Positions 61,211 through 64,000 of a stretch of 64,000 nt of DNA are shown here, piece by piece. The translations under genes and the position numbers were made by a program. Source of the stretch: Octopus vulgaris. Taxonomy: Eukaryota. The notes beneath the pieces are model-generated. The model ran no database searches, was not told the origin of the DNA, and worked only from the letters and a program-made list of their open reading frames with translations. Position 1 is the first letter of the stretch. The number at the start of each line of letters is the position of its first letter. The stretch lies in assembly GCA_951406725.2 (NCBI GenBank), contig OX597823.1, positions 25,358,001-25,422,000 on the forward strand. Direction: 5' to 3'.

Positions 61211-64000
61211 TTAAAAATATGTTATGTGCTTTTTTGCATTACTTTCGTAAGAATTTTTCTATGTATGCATATAGAGCTAATTAGTTGTATTCCAGCTGAG
61301 TAGCAATAACAGCAGCAGCAGCAACAACAAAACAAAACGAATGCATTAATAAACAAAACTGCTGATTATTGACTGATAGTGATTTCTGTCTGTATATTTC
61401 AATACTTTATCAAGCATCAGTTCAGATTTGTCAGCAAGGCGTGAAAATATGTACATATGTTATGTAATAAAAAATGAAATATGGACAGATAAAAATACGG
61501 AAGAGGATAAATCATGATAAATCTGATAAGCAAATCAAGAATTGCATTTTACAAAGTAGTTATGTAATCATCTTTATATGTCTAGTTACCTTTCTTTCTA
61601 CTTTTTTTGTATTTTGTTTTTGCCAACACCTAATAATATTTGAGAAAGTGAAGTCTGAATTATTGATCTCATCACGAAAACAGTGACAGACATTTAACTT
61701 GACACTGTTATTAAGATTGTAAACACATGCTCGTGATAAATAAGTACTTTATGATCCAGTTTAGTTAGCTGTGGTTATGTAATATGAGGAAGTGCAGTCG
61801 ATTGTATTACAAATAGTGTTTCATTAGCATGCAGCTGTGTGTTCAATCCCATTTCGCCGTTTTAGGGATGCTAGTTGGATATTGATGAAAAATGTATTAG
61901 AAACGTTTATGTATTTGTTTTGTAAGATTTGTGAAGTGAAATCGTGTGTTAAAAGATATTGTTATATTTCGGGATGATAATTTAATTTTATTTCTTTGGC
62001 AAAAAAAAAGATAAAAAATTACCATCCCGGACTGTAACAAAAGCTTTAGAAACTTTAATTAGATACAAAAATTCTTCTATGAAAGGATGTTTAGGTCCAA
62101 GATTATTAGTCGTAATTCATTCCCAAAGGAAAATTCTCGTTACCAAAGACAGCAGTAATGAAACGTCGACCTCATGTTTGCCTCGAACCCACCAGATGTA
62201 TATCGGAGGATAAAAGGAAGCCACATACTTAAAAATATGTTGAAGCTTCCATGATAATAAAGTTCTTTTCGTTCAAGATTGCACTCTCGGTGTATGAATG
62301 CCAGAAACAGCCACTATAAATATATTCTAACCTAAATCTATAACTAGAATTGAAACATGCACTCGCTCAAAAGGGTCATAATAAACCTTAATGTCATGAT
62401 AAACCTTAAAAATTATGGGACAAGCATTGTTGCTCAAAAATACTAGAATCACTATACGGTTTACATTCTGTGGCATCTTAAAACGAAAAGAGACGTATGT
62501 GTGAATTACGATGTCACGATAATTATTAAATCGAATTCTTAATATAAAAATTTGAAAACGTTCAAAATATCTTTAACTTCGAATAAGTAAATTCATAATA
62601 TAACTCTTCATACCAAAGTATATATAAAAAAACATATTTCACACTGCATGCAAATTACCATGATAATCTTTTCTACTCTAGGCACAAGGCCCGAAATTAC
62701 CATGATAATAAAAAAAACTGGATTTATGATAAAGTTGAATCTATGCTATAATGGAAAAAGCTGCTTATTAATTAGGTAAGTAACAATTACTAAAAGTACT
62801 AAAAGAAATATTTTTATGAATTCATGTTCAAGGAAATTTCCTATAATTCCGATTTCTCAAGTTTATTGAATTTTTAATTCCAATTTCTCGCAAATTTAAA
62901 TATTCACTGCATCCAGTTCGTCAAAAATTTAAATATTCATTGCATTCAGTGCGGTGTATTCCATTTTCATTTGCAAAGTCACTCACTTTCTCTTTTAAGT
63001 TTTAATTCGCTATTAATGTATACGTAATGTAAAAACATTATTTATTGAATGAAAACTTTTTAAAATATACATAATTTTTAAATGCGGGATATCTGTGAGA
63101 GGAGTCTAGAAAGTCGGGTAATTACTGTTAGAAGACGAAGAGAAAAAAGCAAAAAATTACTGACAAGTACTCGAAACTTTCACTTTATTCACAGTTTCCA
63201 AACACAACTTCAACAGTGACACACACACGCATATACACACACACACAGACACACAACAATACACACTCGCGCATACACATAGACACATAAATGAAAGGCA
63301 ATTAATGTGTGTGCGTCCGTGCGTGTGCGTATGCATGCGCGCGCGTGTTGTTCACTGACAAAATTTCGCGTTGCATCGCTTTTGTGAAGTATTGTCAGTG
63401 AACAGGTCGTGGTTTGGAAGCGATGAGAATATTTTAATACATATGAAGTTTTAATGTTGAAGTGAAACTAACGGTATTTGTGTGTTCTTGAATGGTTTAC
63501 AAACATCTTCCGTGCTGAAATTGTTTTTGTTTTAGCACATGATTTCAGATCAAGTCACTTGCTATGCAAGTACATCTCCGTAACTTTTTAAAAATCACTG
63601 TGGTTAAATGCCAGCAATGACCTTCTCACGCTCTCCAATATTTTAATTTCTAAACAGGAACAATCAGGGGCAGGGAGTGGGGTTCATAATTTCTCAAATT
63701 TTATTTTTTATAGAATATAAATGTATTTATGGGGAAAAATACTGAAGAAATCAATATATGCGAGAATGATAAAGCGACAACGTGGGTTGTCTTTGGATGT
63801 GCCCCCCCAAAAAAACAACAGCCAAATCGCCCTTAAATCACTTTTCCCTCTGAAAATATTAACAATTTAAAAACTTTTTTTTACCGAAAATGCTCTTCTC
63901 GTGGTTTTGAAGTGCAAAAATAAAAAATGTTGGCCAAAATATGTCCAGAGTGGGATGATGAGGGAGTGTATAAAAAAAAGAGCTTTCAAAACCTTTTTCA

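Noticed and set aside
61250-64000. Search for exons of a third cathepsin copy or a neighbouring gene
   Set aside because: No cathepsin motifs or convincing exon were found. The region looks like AT-rich intergenic or unclassified repeat DNA, although small exons cannot be excluded.

Overview
AT-rich, microsatellite-dense eukaryotic genomic DNA. The SINE families and (AAT)n/(TA)n load point to an octopus or other coleoid cephalopod (inference). The window holds two intact tandem cathepsin L-like cysteine protease genes on the minus strand, each with 7 coding exons. Gene A has CDS 11773->1883 (334 aa) and gene B has CDS 43607->30028 (332 aa). Intron positions and phases are identical, and both keep the catalytic Cys/His/Asn. 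Each gene has a matching candidate core promoter: CACGTG E-box, TATA, short non-coding exon, splice donor. For gene B this promoter module lies inside a near-identical ~3.1-3.5 kb unit repeated three times in tandem (44587-54574). The rest is decayed transposable elements: Nin-type and CORE-type tRNA SINEs; RTE, CR1-like and R4/Dong-like LINE remnants; mariner/Tc1 remnants; and Helitrons. Other notable features are an inverted pair of type I hammerhead-ribozyme motifs (Penelope-like termini, 56624-57188), a decayed hammerhead in a gene B intron, a pre-miRNA-sized hairpin and a cryptic ~34-bp minisatellite. Most ORFs in the supplied track are microsatellite or repeat artefacts. All alignments and counts were done by eye, and repeat boundaries are approximate.
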